Shown here: piece after piece, positions 17,847 through 28,206 of the stretch
Position numbering within the stretch: position 1 is the stretch's first letter
How the letters are laid out: each line of letters starts with the position of its first letter
Virus record (IMG/VR): IMGVR_UViG_3300034284_001491
Location: 1-64,000 of that record
Length of the DNA: 64,000 nucleotides
Source of the DNA: a virus
Strand: one strand, 5' to 3'
Position numbers and translations under genes: made by a program
The notes under the pieces: model-generated
What the model saw: only the letters and a program-made list of their open reading frames with translations
The model's database searches: none
Told to the model about the DNA's origin: nothing

Positions 17847-20600
17847 ATGCAAATATATAACGCTCTTCAATTGAAAAATGGTGCTAAAGTAGAGTACAAT
17901 AAAATGGGTACTCTAACTCAGCCAATTCAATTTTTACCGAGAGATAAGAAAGATCAGGAATGGGCAGCATGGAACTTAGATTGGTTGGAGTTGCAAGGAC
18001 AAAAACAATTAAGAAGAAATGCTAGAAGATTACTTAAGAATTATAAATTAGCAAAAGGTCTAATTGATAAAACAGATTATATTATTGAAGAGGATAATGA
18101 TTATGCAGATCTAGTAGAAACTTTAACTAAACAAGATGAGTCTGCATTAGAATTAAAGTTTTATCCTATTATTCCAAATGTAATTAATGTCTTAACTGCT
18201 GAATTTTCTAAGAGAGCTACAAAAGTTGCATATAGGGCAGTTGATGAATTATCATATAATGAACTTCTAGAAGAAAAAAGAGCACAAGTAGAAGAAGTGT
18301 TGTTAAAAGAAGCAGAACAAAAATTAATGGCTTCTTTGATGGCAATGGGTGCAAATCTAGAAGATGAACAAGTACAACAACAATTATCTCCAGATAATTT
18401 AAAAACTCTACCTGAAATTGAACAATTCTTTAAAAAAGATTATCGTTCAATGATTGAGCAATGGGCATGGCATCAACATTTAGTGGATGAAGAAAGATTC
18501 AAAATGCAAGAACTTGAAGAGACTGCATTTAGAGATATGCTTATCACTGATAGAGAATTCTGGCATTTTAAAATGATGGAAGATGATTATGATGTTGAGT
18601 TATGGAATCCATTATTAACTTTTTATCATAAGTCTCCAGATACAAGATATATTTCACAAGGAAATTGGGTGGGTAAATGCGAAATGCTAACTGTAGCAGA
18701 TGTTATTGATAAATATGGATATCTAATGACAGAAGAACAATTGCAGTCATTAGAAGCCGTTTATCCAGTTAGATCTTCTGCATATCCAATTGAAGGATAC
18801 CAAAATGATGGTACATACTATGATCCTACAAGATCACATGCTTGGAACACCAATTCTCCTTCATTACATTATCGCCAATTTACTTCTATGTATGATAATT
18901 ACATATCAGATGGTAATGATATTGTAAATATGATATTATCAGAAGGAGAAGATTTATTTGATTTAGGTAGTTCACATTTTTTAAGAGCTACAACATGTTA
19001 TTGGAAATCTCAAAGAAAAGTGGGTCATCTTACAAAGATTGATGAACTTGGAGATGTAATAGAAGAAATCATAGATGAAAGTTATATAGTAACTATTAAA
19101 CCAGAATATGATACAATGCTCTATAAACAAAAGACTAAAGAAAATTTAGTGTATGGTGAGCATATTGAATGGATCTGGATTAATGAAGTTTGGGGTGGTG
19201 TAAAGATTGGTCCTAATAGACCATCATATTGGGGTATGGAAAATCCAGGTGGTCTAACCCCCATTTATCTTGGGGTATCAACAAATCAAATTAAAAGATT
19301 ACCATTCCAATTTAAAGGTGATTCAAATTTATATGGTTGTAAACTTCCGGTGGAAGGATCTGTATTTTCAGATAGAAATACAAAATCTACTTCATTAGTG
19401 GATTTAATGAAACCATTCCAAATCGCATATAATATTGTAAATAATCAAATTGCTGATATTCTTGTAGATGAACTCGGTACAGTAATTTTATTAGATCAAA
19501 ATGCTATTCCAAGACATTCTCTTGGAGAAGATTGGGGTAAACATAATCTTGCAAAAGCTTATGTAGCAATGAAAACATTCCAAATGCTACCATTGGATTC
19601 ATCCATTACAAATACTGAGAATCCATTAGCATTTCAGCATTATCAAGTATTGAGTTTAGAGCAAACACAAAGATTGCTTTCTCGTATTCAACTTGCCACT
19701 TATTTTAAAAACCAAGCTTTTGAAACTATTGGTATTACACCTCAACGTTTGGGGTCTGCTGTAGAACAACCAACAGCAGAAGGTATTAGAGTGGCACTTA
19801 GTAATTCATATGCTCAAACAGAAGTGTACTTTACACAGCATTGTGATAATTTAATGCCAAGAGTACATACAATGCGTACAGATTTGGCTCAATATTATCA
19901 TTCTAAGAAACCATCTGTTAGATTACAATATCTAACATCTAATGATGAAAAGGTTGCTTTTAATATTACTGGTACAGATCTCTTATTAAGAGATATTAAT
20001 ATCTTCTGTACAACAAAAGCAAATCATAGAAATACTATTGAACAATTAAAACAATTAGCATTAAATAATAATACTTCTGGTGCATCTATTTATGATCTAG
20101 CAAATATTATTAAATCTCAATCAATTCCTGAGATTGAACATGTTCTTAAATCTGCTGAACAAAAACAACAAGCAGTTAAACAACAAGAACAACAAGCACA
20201 ACAAGAAATGCTTGATAAACAATTGCAAGCTCAAGCTCAAGAAAAACAAGCTCAAAGAGACTTTGATGCTGGAGAAAAACAAAAAGATAGAGAAACAGAT
20301 ATTATTGAAGCTCAAATTAGAGCTGCAGGATATGGAGCTATGCAAGATCAAAATAAAAATCAACAGAGTGATTACATTGATGCTTTAAGAGAGATAAGAG
20401 CTTCAGATGAATATCGTGCTAAAATGTCTATGCAAGAAGAAGCAATGCTAAATAAAAGTAATGCCGATAGAGAAAAAGCAAATATTAAACGTGAAGAACT
20501 TAGTGTTAAAAGAGAAATTGCAGATAAACAATTACAAATAGCAAGAGAGAATAAGAATAAGTACGATGATAAAAAATCTACTAGCAAAAAGAAAGGTTGA
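17847..20600 (+). CDS. Portal protein (crAss-like, 917 aa)
   Basis: Size and position after TerL; FYPIIPNVINVL, SLVDLMKPFQ, GITPQRLG; Q/K-rich coiled C-terminus. Confidence 0.85.
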   Translation: MQIYNALQLKNGAKVEYNKMGTLTQPIQFLPRDKKDQEWAAWNLDWLELQGQKQLRRNARRLLKNYKLAKGLIDKTDYIIEEDNDYADLVETLTKQDESALELKFYPIIPNVINVLTAEFSKRATKVAYRAVDELSYNELLEEKRAQVEEVLLKEAEQKLMASLMAMGANLEDEQVQQQLSPDNLKTLPEIEQFFKKDYRSMIEQWAWHQHLVDEERFKMQELEETAFRDMLITDREFWHFKMMEDDYDVELWNPLLTFYHKSPDTRYISQGNWVGKCEMLTVADVIDKYGYLMTEEQLQSLEAVYPVRSSAYPIEGYQNDGTYYDPTRSHAWNTNSPSLHYRQFTSMYDNYISDGNDIVNMILSEGEDLFDLGSSHFLRATTCYWKSQRKVGHLTKIDELGDVIEEIIDESYIVTIKPEYDTMLYKQKTKENLVYGEHIEWIWINEVWGGVKIGPNRPSYWGMENPGGLTPIYLGVSTNQIKRLPFQFKGDSNLYGCKLPVEGSVFSDRNTKSTSLVDLMKPFQIAYNIVNNQIADILVDELGTVILLDQNAIPRHSLGEDWGKHNLAKAYVAMKTFQMLPLDSSITNTENPLAFQHYQVLSLEQTQRLLSRIQLATYFKNQAFETIGITPQRLGSAVEQPTAEGIRVALSNSYAQTEVYFTQHCDNLMPRVHTMRTDLAQYYHSKKPSVRLQYLTSNDEKVAFNITGTDLLLRDINIFCTTKANHRNTIEQLKQLALNNNTSGASIYDLANIIKSQSIPEIEHVLKSAEQKQQAVKQQEQQAQQEMLDKQLQAQAQEKQAQRDFDAGEKQKDRETDIIEAQIRAAGYGAMQDQNKNQQSDYIDALREIRASDEYRAKMSMQEEAMLNKSNADREKANIKREELSVKREIADKQLQIARENKNKYDDKKSTSKKKG

Positions 20601-20808
20601 CAAAAAACAGTCAAATAATAATTGGGTCACAATAATATTAGTGGATGATTCAATTAATGAATTTTGCTTGGAAGATATACCGAATGATACCACTAAAATG
20701 AATTTCTTAGAACTAAAAGAATATTTAGAAAAAAATAGTTATAGTTTAAGAAAATCAAAAGGAAAAAATATAGCGATATATTTAGCTTTTAAAGAAAAAA
20801 ATAAGTGA
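20566..20808 (+). CDS. Small hypothetical protein (start uncertain)
   Basis: ORF track; fills the gap after the portal gene. Confidence 0.4.
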   Translation: MIKNLLAKRKVDKKQSNNNWVTIILVDDSINEFCLEDIPNDTTKMNFLELKEYLEKNSYSLRKSKGKNIAIYLAFKEKNK

Positions 20809-20853
20809 ATTTACAACTATTGTAGATTTACTTTTTTTATATTATATTATTAT

Positions 20854-20863
20854 TAAAACCAAA
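20854..20863 (+). promoter_or_regulatory. Leader motif TAAAACCAAA-N5-ATG
   Basis: Same 10-mer at the same distance before the ATGs at 20869, 23849 and 28009. Confidence 0.55.
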
Positions 20864-20868
20864 TTAAT

Positions 20869-22089
20869 ATGTCACAAGAAAGCACAATGCAAACAGAAGT
20901 TAAAGAAGTGGATGTAAATTTAGATGAGATCTTTGGATCTGCTCCTGGAGCTGAAAGTATTTTACTTCCAGAAACAGAAGTAAAACCAAGTATCTTTTCT
21001 TCTCCAAAAACTGATTTAACATTTCTAGATCCTCAATCTAAAACTCAAAAGAAAGAGGAAAAAAACGAAGAATCAACAATCACCACTGAGGAAGAAGTGA
21101 CTGAACTTTTAGAGTCCACTTTAAATCAGTTGGAAAATGAAACTGGAAAAGGTAGACCAAAAGTTGATAAAAGTGGTTTGGTGGAAACGTTCACTAAACT
21201 TATTGATGATGGTCTAATTATGCCATTTGATGATGATAAGGATCTCTCTGATTATTCAGTGAAAGATTGGAAAGAACTTATTGAGGCTAACTTCAATGAA
21301 AGAGAAAAAAAGATAAAAGAAGAAACTCCAAGAGAATTCTTTCAAGCTTTACCTCAAGAATTACAGATTGCTGCAAAATATGTGTCAGATGGAGGACAAG
21401 ATCTAAAAGGTTTATTTAAAGCATTAGCACAAGTTGAGGAAGTAAGAGAACTTGATATTGATGATGAACATGACCAAGAAACTATTGTACGTCAATATCT
21501 ACGTGCTACACGTTTTGGTAGTGAAGATGAAATTGATGAAGAAATTGATAGTTGGAAGGATATGGATAAACTTGGTGAGAAAGCAAGTAAATTCAAACCA
21601 AAGTTGGATAAGATGCAAGAGCAAATTATTGCTCAACAACTTGCAGAACAAGAATATAGAAGAGAGCAACAGAGAGTGGCTGCAGAAACATATATGGAAA
21701 ATGTATATGAAACTCTTAAACCAGGTGAACTTAATGGAATTAAGATTGATAGAAAAACTCAATCTCAACTTTATTCTGGTTTAGTGCAACCTAATTATCC
21801 TTCTATTTCTGGTAAACCAACGAATCTATTAGGACATCTTCTTGAAAAATATCAGTTTATTGAACCTAAACATGATCTAATTGCAGAAGTTCTTTGGTTA
21901 TTATCTGATCCAGATAGTTATAAAAATGAGATTAGAAAGCATGCTAAAACTGAAGCTACACAAGAAACTGTTCGTAATTTAAAAACAGAACAAGCTAAGA
22001 GTAAGAGTTCATTCTCTTCAGTGGAAGATAAAGAAGATAGAAAAGTTCCTAAAATTTCACGTAATAATAATTTTTTCAAAAGATTTTAA
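20869..22089 (+). CDS. Acidic helical scaffold-like protein
   Basis: Very D/E-rich coiled-coil protein between portal and MCP, as in crAss-like head modules. Confidence 0.65.
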   Translation: MSQESTMQTEVKEVDVNLDEIFGSAPGAESILLPETEVKPSIFSSPKTDLTFLDPQSKTQKKEEKNEESTITTEEEVTELLESTLNQLENETGKGRPKVDKSGLVETFTKLIDDGLIMPFDDDKDLSDYSVKDWKELIEANFNEREKKIKEETPREFFQALPQELQIAAKYVSDGGQDLKGLFKALAQVEEVRELDIDDEHDQETIVRQYLRATRFGSEDEIDEEIDSWKDMDKLGEKASKFKPKLDKMQEQIIAQQLAEQEYRREQQRVAAETYMENVYETLKPGELNGIKIDRKTQSQLYSGLVQPNYPSISGKPTNLLGHLLEKYQFIEPKHDLIAEVLWLLSDPDSYKNEIRKHAKTEATQETVRNLKTEQAKSKSSFSSVEDKEDRKVPKISRNNNFFKRF

Positions 22090-22139
22090 TATAAACAAAC
22101 AATTAATTAATAACTATAAACAATTAAATTAAATTCAAA

Positions 22140-23756
22140 ATGGCAACACCAGTATTAAACAATGGTATTTTTCTACGTGATACCAGCTATCAAGCTAGCT
22201 CACACGTAGATTCTTATCACCTGGTAAACATGATGAAAAGTGCAGAACCTATGGATATGGGTCCAGTTGATATCTGGGCAATGTCTCAAAAGGTTGAAAT
22301 GCCACTTTATCAAATGTCTTCTTTCGGTGGTAAGAATGTAATTATGGTTGACAACGCTCGTGGGGAGTGGAAATGGCAAACACCAATTGCTCAAGACCTT
22401 CCTTACATTGTTGAAGACATTGAATCTGCAAATGTTACAAAAGGTGTAGATGGACAAACTTTCCGTATTAAATTGAACAAGCGTGTATTTGGTCACGGTG
22501 ATATCATCACTTATGATAAATACAATGGTGCTGAAATGTACATTACTGCAGAAGATATTCTTCCTACAGGTGATGGTTTCATTTTCACTGTTCAACTTGT
22601 GAACAATGACAATACTAAGTTTTTGGATAATGCATATCTTGCTTCAGGAACAAAAGTATTCCGCAAAGGTTCTGCAAGAGGTGAATATGGTGAACGTTTC
22701 TCAGATCTTTCTACTAGTTCAGGATTCCGTGAATTCTATAACTATGTAGGTGGTGCAGAAGCTCACGTACACTATTCAATTTCATCTAGAGCAGATTTAA
22801 TGATCAAAGGTGGTTTGAATGCTGATGGTACTGTACCTGTAACAGAAATCTGGAGAAACTTTGATAACAATGTTGATCCTTCTGTAACTTCATTGGAATC
22901 AATGGTAGCTAAAATGGGTAAAGATTATGCAAAAAGAGCTATGGAAAATGGTTCTCTTAGCCGCACTTTCTTAACTCGTCTTGAAGCTGCTCACCTTAGC
23001 AAAGTTGCTAATGACATTGAAACTTACTTGATGTGGGGTCATGGTGGTAAGATTAAGCAAGATGGTCCAGATGATATGCGTTTATCTGTAGGTCTTTGGA
23101 AACAACTTGATAACTCTTTCAAGCGTATCTACAATAAAGCATCTTTCAATCTTGATGTATTCCGTAATGAAATTTATAACTTCTATAACGGTAAAGTTGA
23201 ATTTAAAGGACCAGATCCTCAGCGTCAACTTATTGTACAAACCGGTATGGGTGGTATGAAACTAGTTAATGAAGCAATTAAGAGAGAAGCAGTTAATTCT
23301 GGTCTAGTTATTCAAGCTTCTGATATTGGAGCTATCACTGGAAAAGGAATGGATCTTAATTTTGGTTTTGCTTACACTTCTTACGTTATTCCATTCTTGG
23401 CTAACGTTAAGTTTGTACTTAACCCTGCTTTTGATAACATCCACACTAATGACATTGAAAACCCAATTATTGATGGTTATCCTTTGTCTTCATATAACTT
23501 TATCGTATTTGATATCACTGATAACACTAATGACAATATCTTCTTGTTGAAATTGTCTTGGGATAATCAATTGAAGTGGTGGTATCAGAACGGTACTATG
23601 GATTATATGGGTAGATCACAAGGTTTCCAATCTTCTGGTCAATTCAATGGTTACCGTGTAATGATGACACAAACAATGCCTGCAGTATGGGTAAAAGACC
23701 CAACTAAAGTGTTGAAGATTGTTATGAAGAATCCTATTACTGGAGGATCATTCTAA
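22140..23756 (+). CDS. Major capsid protein (538 aa)
   Basis: Position; strongly biased codons (TTC, AAC, CGT, GGT); LMWG and GLWKQL crAss-type motifs; followed by a strong terminator. Confidence 0.85.
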   Translation: MATPVLNNGIFLRDTSYQASSHVDSYHLVNMMKSAEPMDMGPVDIWAMSQKVEMPLYQMSSFGGKNVIMVDNARGEWKWQTPIAQDLPYIVEDIESANVTKGVDGQTFRIKLNKRVFGHGDIITYDKYNGAEMYITAEDILPTGDGFIFTVQLVNNDNTKFLDNAYLASGTKVFRKGSARGEYGERFSDLSTSSGFREFYNYVGGAEAHVHYSISSRADLMIKGGLNADGTVPVTEIWRNFDNNVDPSVTSLESMVAKMGKDYAKRAMENGSLSRTFLTRLEAAHLSKVANDIETYLMWGHGGKIKQDGPDDMRLSVGLWKQLDNSFKRIYNKASFNLDVFRNEIYNFYNGKVEFKGPDPQRQLIVQTGMGGMKLVNEAIKREAVNSGLVIQASDIGAITGKGMDLNFGFAYTSYVIPFLANVKFVLNPAFDNIHTNDIENPIIDGYPLSSYNFIVFDITDNTNDNIFLLKLSWDNQLKWWYQNGTMDYMGRSQGFQSSGQFNGYRVMMTQTMPAVWVKDPTKVLKIVMKNPITGGSF

Positions 23757-23770
23757 TCTAAATGATAACT

Positions 23771-23803
23771 ATCTAGGGGGTGTAATAGCCCCCTAGATTT
23801 TTT
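23771..23803 (+). terminator. Rho-independent terminator after MCP
   Basis: ATCTAGGGGG-TGTAATAG-CCCCCTAGAT followed by TTTTT. Confidence 0.85.
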
Positions 23804-23816
23804 ATCTAAATATTTT

Positions 23817-23843
23817 TACATTTGCTAATAAACTAAAACCAAA
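23817..23843 (+). promoter_or_regulatory. Bacteroidota -7 element TACATTTG plus leader motif TAAAACCAAA
   Basis: TACATTTG at 23817-23824; TAAAACCAAA at 23834-23843. Confidence 0.5.
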
Positions 23844-23848
23844 ATAAA

Positions 23849-24865
23849 ATGAGTGAAATAACAATGGTGGAAAAGTATCAGACTAATAAGTCTAGTGCTA
23901 TCTCAATTAAACCCTACTTTGATTCAAGTATATCAAATATGGGATTAGAAAAATATGGAATGAATGTTTTTGAAGGAGTATTCCATGAAGAACAATTAAC
24001 CTGTATAGAAGTAAATGGTATTAAGAGATATGTTACAGGTTTAAATGAATTTGCTCCAGAAGTCAAATTACTTCCAGAATCTGAAAAAGAAGCAAAAATT
24101 AAACAGATTAGAGCAATAGTAGCAGAACTTGAAAGAGAGTTAGCTGCTAATGTTATTGAAACTGATGATAAAGAATTTTGGAATAAAGTAAAACTTCTTA
24201 AACCAGATAATCATTCTTTTTGGGAAAAGATTACTATTAGAGTGGGAAATGAACCCACCTTTTTAGATCCTAAAAAAGATCCTTATGATTTAATTAAATT
24301 GTATGCAATAGAAGCAGGTGCGTTTTCTCTAATTGCTAAAAGTTATGAAGCAGCAAAAAGAATGGCTAAACCACCTAAGTTCTACTTAGATAGAATTGAA
24401 TCTACAGTTAGTACAAAAACTGAATATAAGAAACTACGTAATAAAGCACTTGGAGAACTTCAAAAGATGTTTGATAAAAACACTAATAAGTTATTCTTAG
24501 TAGCTAAGATAGTAGATATGGATTCAATCCAATATAGAAAGTCTACACCAAATGATATTCTATTTGAAAATATGGATAGACATATTAATGGTGAAGGTTC
24601 TGAAGATAACAAGAAAAGAGCAGCAGAAAGATTCTTAGAAGTTGCTGCAATGGATATGGAAACTTTAAAACTTAAATCACTTGTTAAGGATGCAAACTAT
24701 CATAAAGTAATTGTTTCAAAATCTGATGGATTTATTTATCATATTGAAAGTAGTACTATGTTAGGACGTAATCAAACAGATGTTGTAGAGTTTTTAAGAA
24801 ATCCATTGAATGACCAGATTCTTTTAGACATCACTAAAAAAGTTGAAAAATACTGGAATTCTTAA
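23849..24865 (+). CDS. Conserved post-MCP protein of the crAss-like head module (338 aa)
   Basis: Long ORF; gene order. Confidence 0.65.
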   Translation: MSEITMVEKYQTNKSSAISIKPYFDSSISNMGLEKYGMNVFEGVFHEEQLTCIEVNGIKRYVTGLNEFAPEVKLLPESEKEAKIKQIRAIVAELERELAANVIETDDKEFWNKVKLLKPDNHSFWEKITIRVGNEPTFLDPKKDPYDLIKLYAIEAGAFSLIAKSYEAAKRMAKPPKFYLDRIESTVSTKTEYKKLRNKALGELQKMFDKNTNKLFLVAKIVDMDSIQYRKSTPNDILFENMDRHINGEGSEDNKKRAAERFLEVAAMDMETLKLKSLVKDANYHKVIVSKSDGFIYHIESSTMLGRNQTDVVEFLRNPLNDQILLDITKKVEKYWNS

Positions 24866-24891
24866 TATATTATATATAAATACATTCTATT

Positions 24892-25053
24892 ATGAAAAAA
24901 GGTTCCGGGTGTAAAACACCTAAAATGAAAGATGGTGGTTCATTAAAACCAGTTGATGCATCTAAGAATCCAGGACTTTCTAAACTTCCTACAGAAGTAA
25001 GAAATAAAATGGGTTATGCTAAAAAAGGTGGATCTGTAAAAAAGAAAAAATAA
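24892..25053 (+). CDS. 53-aa basic peptide with two xKxGG motifs
   Basis: Hand translation MKKGSGCKTPKMKDGGSLKPVDASKNPGLSKLPTEVRNKMGYAKKGGSVKKKK*. Confidence 0.75.
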   Translation: MKKGSGCKTPKMKDGGSLKPVDASKNPGLSKLPTEVRNKMGYAKKGGSVKKKK

Positions 25054-25217
25054 TGGCCACTAAAAAACATCCTGGCTTTAAAGCCGTACAAAAGAAAATA
25101 GCAAAACAACAAGGTGTATCTATGGAATCTGCAGGAGCTATTCTTGCAAGTTCAAGTAGAAATGCATCTGCTGCAGCTAAAAAGAAAAATCCCCGTTTAA
25201 AAAAAGTAAGGGGATAA
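25053..25217 (+). CDS. 54-aa basic peptide
   Basis: Hand translation MATKKHPGFKAVQKKIAKQQGVSMESAGAILASSSRNASAAAKKKNPRLKKVRG*; TAATG coupling. Confidence 0.75.
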   Translation: MATKKHPGFKAVQKKIAKQQGVSMESAGAILASSSRNASAAAKKKNPRLKKVRG

Positions 25218-25243
25218 TTATTAACAATTAATTTTTTATAACA

Positions 25244-25402
25244 ATGGCAACTAAAGGAAAAATGGGTCCAACTAAAGGACCTAAAAAAAAAGAAATGAAA
25301 AAAGAAATGAAAAAAGAAGAAATGATGATACCTCCTATGAAAAAAGGTGGTTCAACACCTTCTTATAAAAAAGGTGGGTCAATGGGTAAAAAAATGAAGT
25401 AA
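25244..25402 (+). CDS. 52-aa K/M-rich peptide with two xKKGG motifs
   Basis: Hand translation MATKGKMGPTKGPKKKEMKKEMKKEEMMIPPMKKGGSTPSYKKGGSMGKKMK*. Confidence 0.75.
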   Translation: MATKGKMGPTKGPKKKEMKKEMKKEEMMIPPMKKGGSTPSYKKGGSMGKKMK

Positions 25403-25405
25403 TAG

Positions 25406-26110
25406 ATGAATACATCAACTATACAGATTAAAGTTAAGCAAAGACTTAACAAGTTAGCTTCTAATGATTATGATAACATTGAATGCTGGCAAATTGTAGA
25501 GGCTTTTAATAAAGCCCAACTACAATGGTGTCGTAGACAATTACATGGTTATAATCTATTAAAAGAAGGTGACGAGCAATCTAAACGTAGAGTTGATGAT
25601 TTACAGATTCTATTAACACAAACTCCAACAAATGTAACAGATAGACAATTATTTTTTGAAACAACAAATTGGCCCTCTGATTATATGGAGTTTAAAAAAG
25701 TGGTGGCATCTGCTGAAAACAATTGTTGCCCTGAACCCAGAAAACTTATGATTTACTTAACTGAAGAAGCAAATGTTGACCTTCATTTAAAAGATGAAAC
25801 TAGAAAACCTAGTTTAGAATGGGGAGAAACATTTGCTACTTTAGTGGGTAATACAATTAGAATTTATACAAATGATGAATTTGATATAACTAACTGCTCT
25901 ATAATGTATTATAGAAAACCAGTGAATATACAAATTCAAGGATGTATAGATCCTTACACCGGTGTTGTATCTGCAATAGAAGTGAATCCTGAATTTAAAG
26001 ATGATATTGTTGAAGTTTTAATAGATGAAGCAGTGTCAATTTTAGCAGGAGATATTGAAGCAGTGATACAATATCAAAGACTTACAAATGAAACAGAAAA
26101 GAATAATTAA
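25406..26110 (+). CDS. Putative head-tail adaptor/ring protein
   Basis: FNKAQ, DDLQIL, YYRKP and EVLIDEAV motifs of tail-tubular/ring-type proteins; gene order. Confidence 0.6.
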   Translation: MNTSTIQIKVKQRLNKLASNDYDNIECWQIVEAFNKAQLQWCRRQLHGYNLLKEGDEQSKRRVDDLQILLTQTPTNVTDRQLFFETTNWPSDYMEFKKVVASAENNCCPEPRKLMIYLTEEANVDLHLKDETRKPSLEWGETFATLVGNTIRIYTNDEFDITNCSIMYYRKPVNIQIQGCIDPYTGVVSAIEVNPEFKDDIVEVLIDEAVSILAGDIEAVIQYQRLTNETEKNN

Positions 26111-26176
26111 AATTTGGATTTTAAATAAAAATCCATTATAATATAATATTGTCTAACAACTTAATTTTTATTTATT

Positions 26177-27376
26177 ATGGCTTATTTTAATCACGCATTC
26201 CAGAAAGTATTTATTGGTACTGCTGGATATCACAACACAGCATCTGAGACCACTGCAGATCTAGTAACTCTAGAATATGGTCTTTATGATGCTAAAACAT
26301 TTGAAACTTATACTACAGGTACAAGTTCACCTTTTATTCTAGCATCAGGTTCTATCTATGCTAATGATAAAATTGGTCCTCATCATGGTGGTTACACTGA
26401 ATCTAACAAATCCAAAGTTATTAATCCAAGATACATTAATAAATTTTGGAAAGTAGAAGAAAAAGCATCTGTACAAGCACTCACAATTATTGGTAAAACT
26501 GATGATGGAGGTGTTAGTGCATGTGAATGTCCAACATTTTTGTGTGGAAAAACTTATCGTTTGAGACTTGATATTAAAGGTTCTCCTGCACTTCGTTTCT
26601 TAAATCACCAAGTTTACACTACACTTGATGCATATACAGGATGTTGTGCAGATCCAGCTAGTCCCACTAATGTTGATCCAGTAAGTGTATTTGTACAATG
26701 GGCTAAACAAATTATTGAGCATCCTTATCTTTCTCAATTTATTTCTCCTGTAGTAAAATATACTACAGATATTACTGCTGGTTCTCCAACTTGGGAAACC
26801 CTTGATACCCTTAAATTATTGGAAGAATATACTGCTGAAACAGGAAGTACTGCAGATTACTGTGTAGGTCTTGAATTAACCGGTGCTTATGTTGATACAG
26901 TATTTGGAAATTGTTCTTTCAAACCCACTGATCATTTTGAAAAAGAACCTATTCAAATTTATGCATCATTTGTAGATGACATTAATGATCCTTGTCAACA
27001 TGAATCTTTATGTGTTACTCAAGTAACACTTGCTAAACAAGGAGAAGGATATGGTGAATCAGTTATTCGTGAATTAATTGTTTCTGAATCTTATTCTCAA
27101 AATTACTTTAGCTGTAATCCACGTATTCGTGAAATTACTCAAGGTGATGCAATTTTTAATGCGGTTGATCGTACTCTTAAATATGATGTATATTATTTAT
27201 TGCATAGTGTTCCTCGTTTTAATAATCCAACTGGAACATTTGATAATGATCAATATCTGTTAAAAATTGTAATTCCTACAGGAGCTAGTGCTTCAGCATT
27301 TGAAACAGTAATTCTTGATGCATTAGATGCTGTAAGTAATCCAGTATATAATGGAGGAGTTGTAGAAATTCTTTAA
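26177..27376 (+). CDS. Abundant structural protein, possibly auxiliary capsid protein
   Basis: Biased codons, own terminator, position in the crAss-like head block. Confidence 0.55.
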   Translation: MAYFNHAFQKVFIGTAGYHNTASETTADLVTLEYGLYDAKTFETYTTGTSSPFILASGSIYANDKIGPHHGGYTESNKSKVINPRYINKFWKVEEKASVQALTIIGKTDDGGVSACECPTFLCGKTYRLRLDIKGSPALRFLNHQVYTTLDAYTGCCADPASPTNVDPVSVFVQWAKQIIEHPYLSQFISPVVKYTTDITAGSPTWETLDTLKLLEEYTAETGSTADYCVGLELTGAYVDTVFGNCSFKPTDHFEKEPIQIYASFVDDINDPCQHESLCVTQVTLAKQGEGYGESVIRELIVSESYSQNYFSCNPRIREITQGDAIFNAVDRTLKYDVYYLLHSVPRFNNPTGTFDNDQYLLKIVIPTGASASAFETVILDALDAVSNPVYNGGVVEIL

Positions 27377-27401
27377 CTAAGTGCTACCTTAGAATAACAT
27401 T

Positions 27402-27438
27402 AAAGGGGAGAGAGAGTTTTACTCTCCTCCCTTTTTTT
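27402..27438 (+). terminator. Rho-independent terminator
   Basis: AAAGGGGAGAGAGAG-TTTTA-CTCTCCTCCCTTT followed by a T run. Confidence 0.75.
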
Positions 27439-27465
27439 GTTAAATAAAAATTTGTAAATTATAAT

Positions 27466-27996
27466 ATGGAACAGCACAGACTAGGTTTACACATTCCTGA
27501 TATATTAAATCAATGTGTAATGAAAATTGAAGATGTAAGTGACTATAGTGATTTAATGACTATAGATTGTGAGTTATTACAGATTACTCCTCCCGGATTT
27601 ACTTTTGCTGTTCATTTTAGAGATATCACTGAAGGATTTACAAAGATTATTAATGCAGAAGATCTAGAATTAGGGATTGCTGGAGATACTTTACCAGATG
27701 GTGTATATGTTATTAGATATAGTGTGTCACCTAATGATAAAGTATATGTTGAATATAACTATCTTAGGACTTCAGTGTTTCTTGATAAATATCACGCAAT
27801 ATTGTGTGAATTAGAATTAGCATGTTGTGAACCTGAAAGAGAAATGAAAGAGAAGTTTAAAGAACTTAGAGATATCAAAATGATGTTAGATGCAGCCAAA
27901 GCAAAAGTTGAGGTTTGTCATTATATCACTGAAGGAATGGATCTCTATAATTATGCTTTAAAACTTCTTAATAAATTTGAATGTAAAAACTGTTAA
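27466..27996 (+). CDS. Putative structural protein (176 aa)
   Basis: LPDGVYVIRYSV beta domain plus a helical Cys-containing C-terminus. Confidence 0.6.
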   Translation: MEQHRLGLHIPDILNQCVMKIEDVSDYSDLMTIDCELLQITPPGFTFAVHFRDITEGFTKIINAEDLELGIAGDTLPDGVYVIRYSVSPNDKVYVEYNYLRTSVFLDKYHAILCELELACCEPEREMKEKFKELRDIKMMLDAAKAKVEVCHYITEGMDLYNYALKLLNKFECKNC

Positions 27997-28008
27997 AACC
28001 AAATAACT

Positions 28009-28206
28009 ATGAGTACATGTCCAAATTGCGGTAAAAAATTATCATGCGGATGCCAAAAGACAAAAGCATCAGATGGTAGAATTTGTTGTAATAGTTGTGT
28101 AGCATTTTACAATAAATCTTTAAGGGATAAAACCGTAAATCCTAAAAGAATGATTTCTTCTGCTACTGTAACAAAAAGAATAATTGATACTCTAGATGAT
28201 TTATAA
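28009..28206 (+). CDS. Small Cys-rich zinc-finger-like protein
   Basis: CPNC...SCGC...CCNSC. Confidence 0.7.
   Translation: MSTCPNCGKKLSCGCQKTKASDGRICCNSCVAFYNKSLRDKTVNPKRMISSATVTKRIIDTLDDL

Noticed and set aside
15473-23756. Introns or inteins in terminase, portal or MCP
   Set aside because: Reading frames are continuous, sizes are plausible, and no intein or homing-endonuclease motifs were recognised
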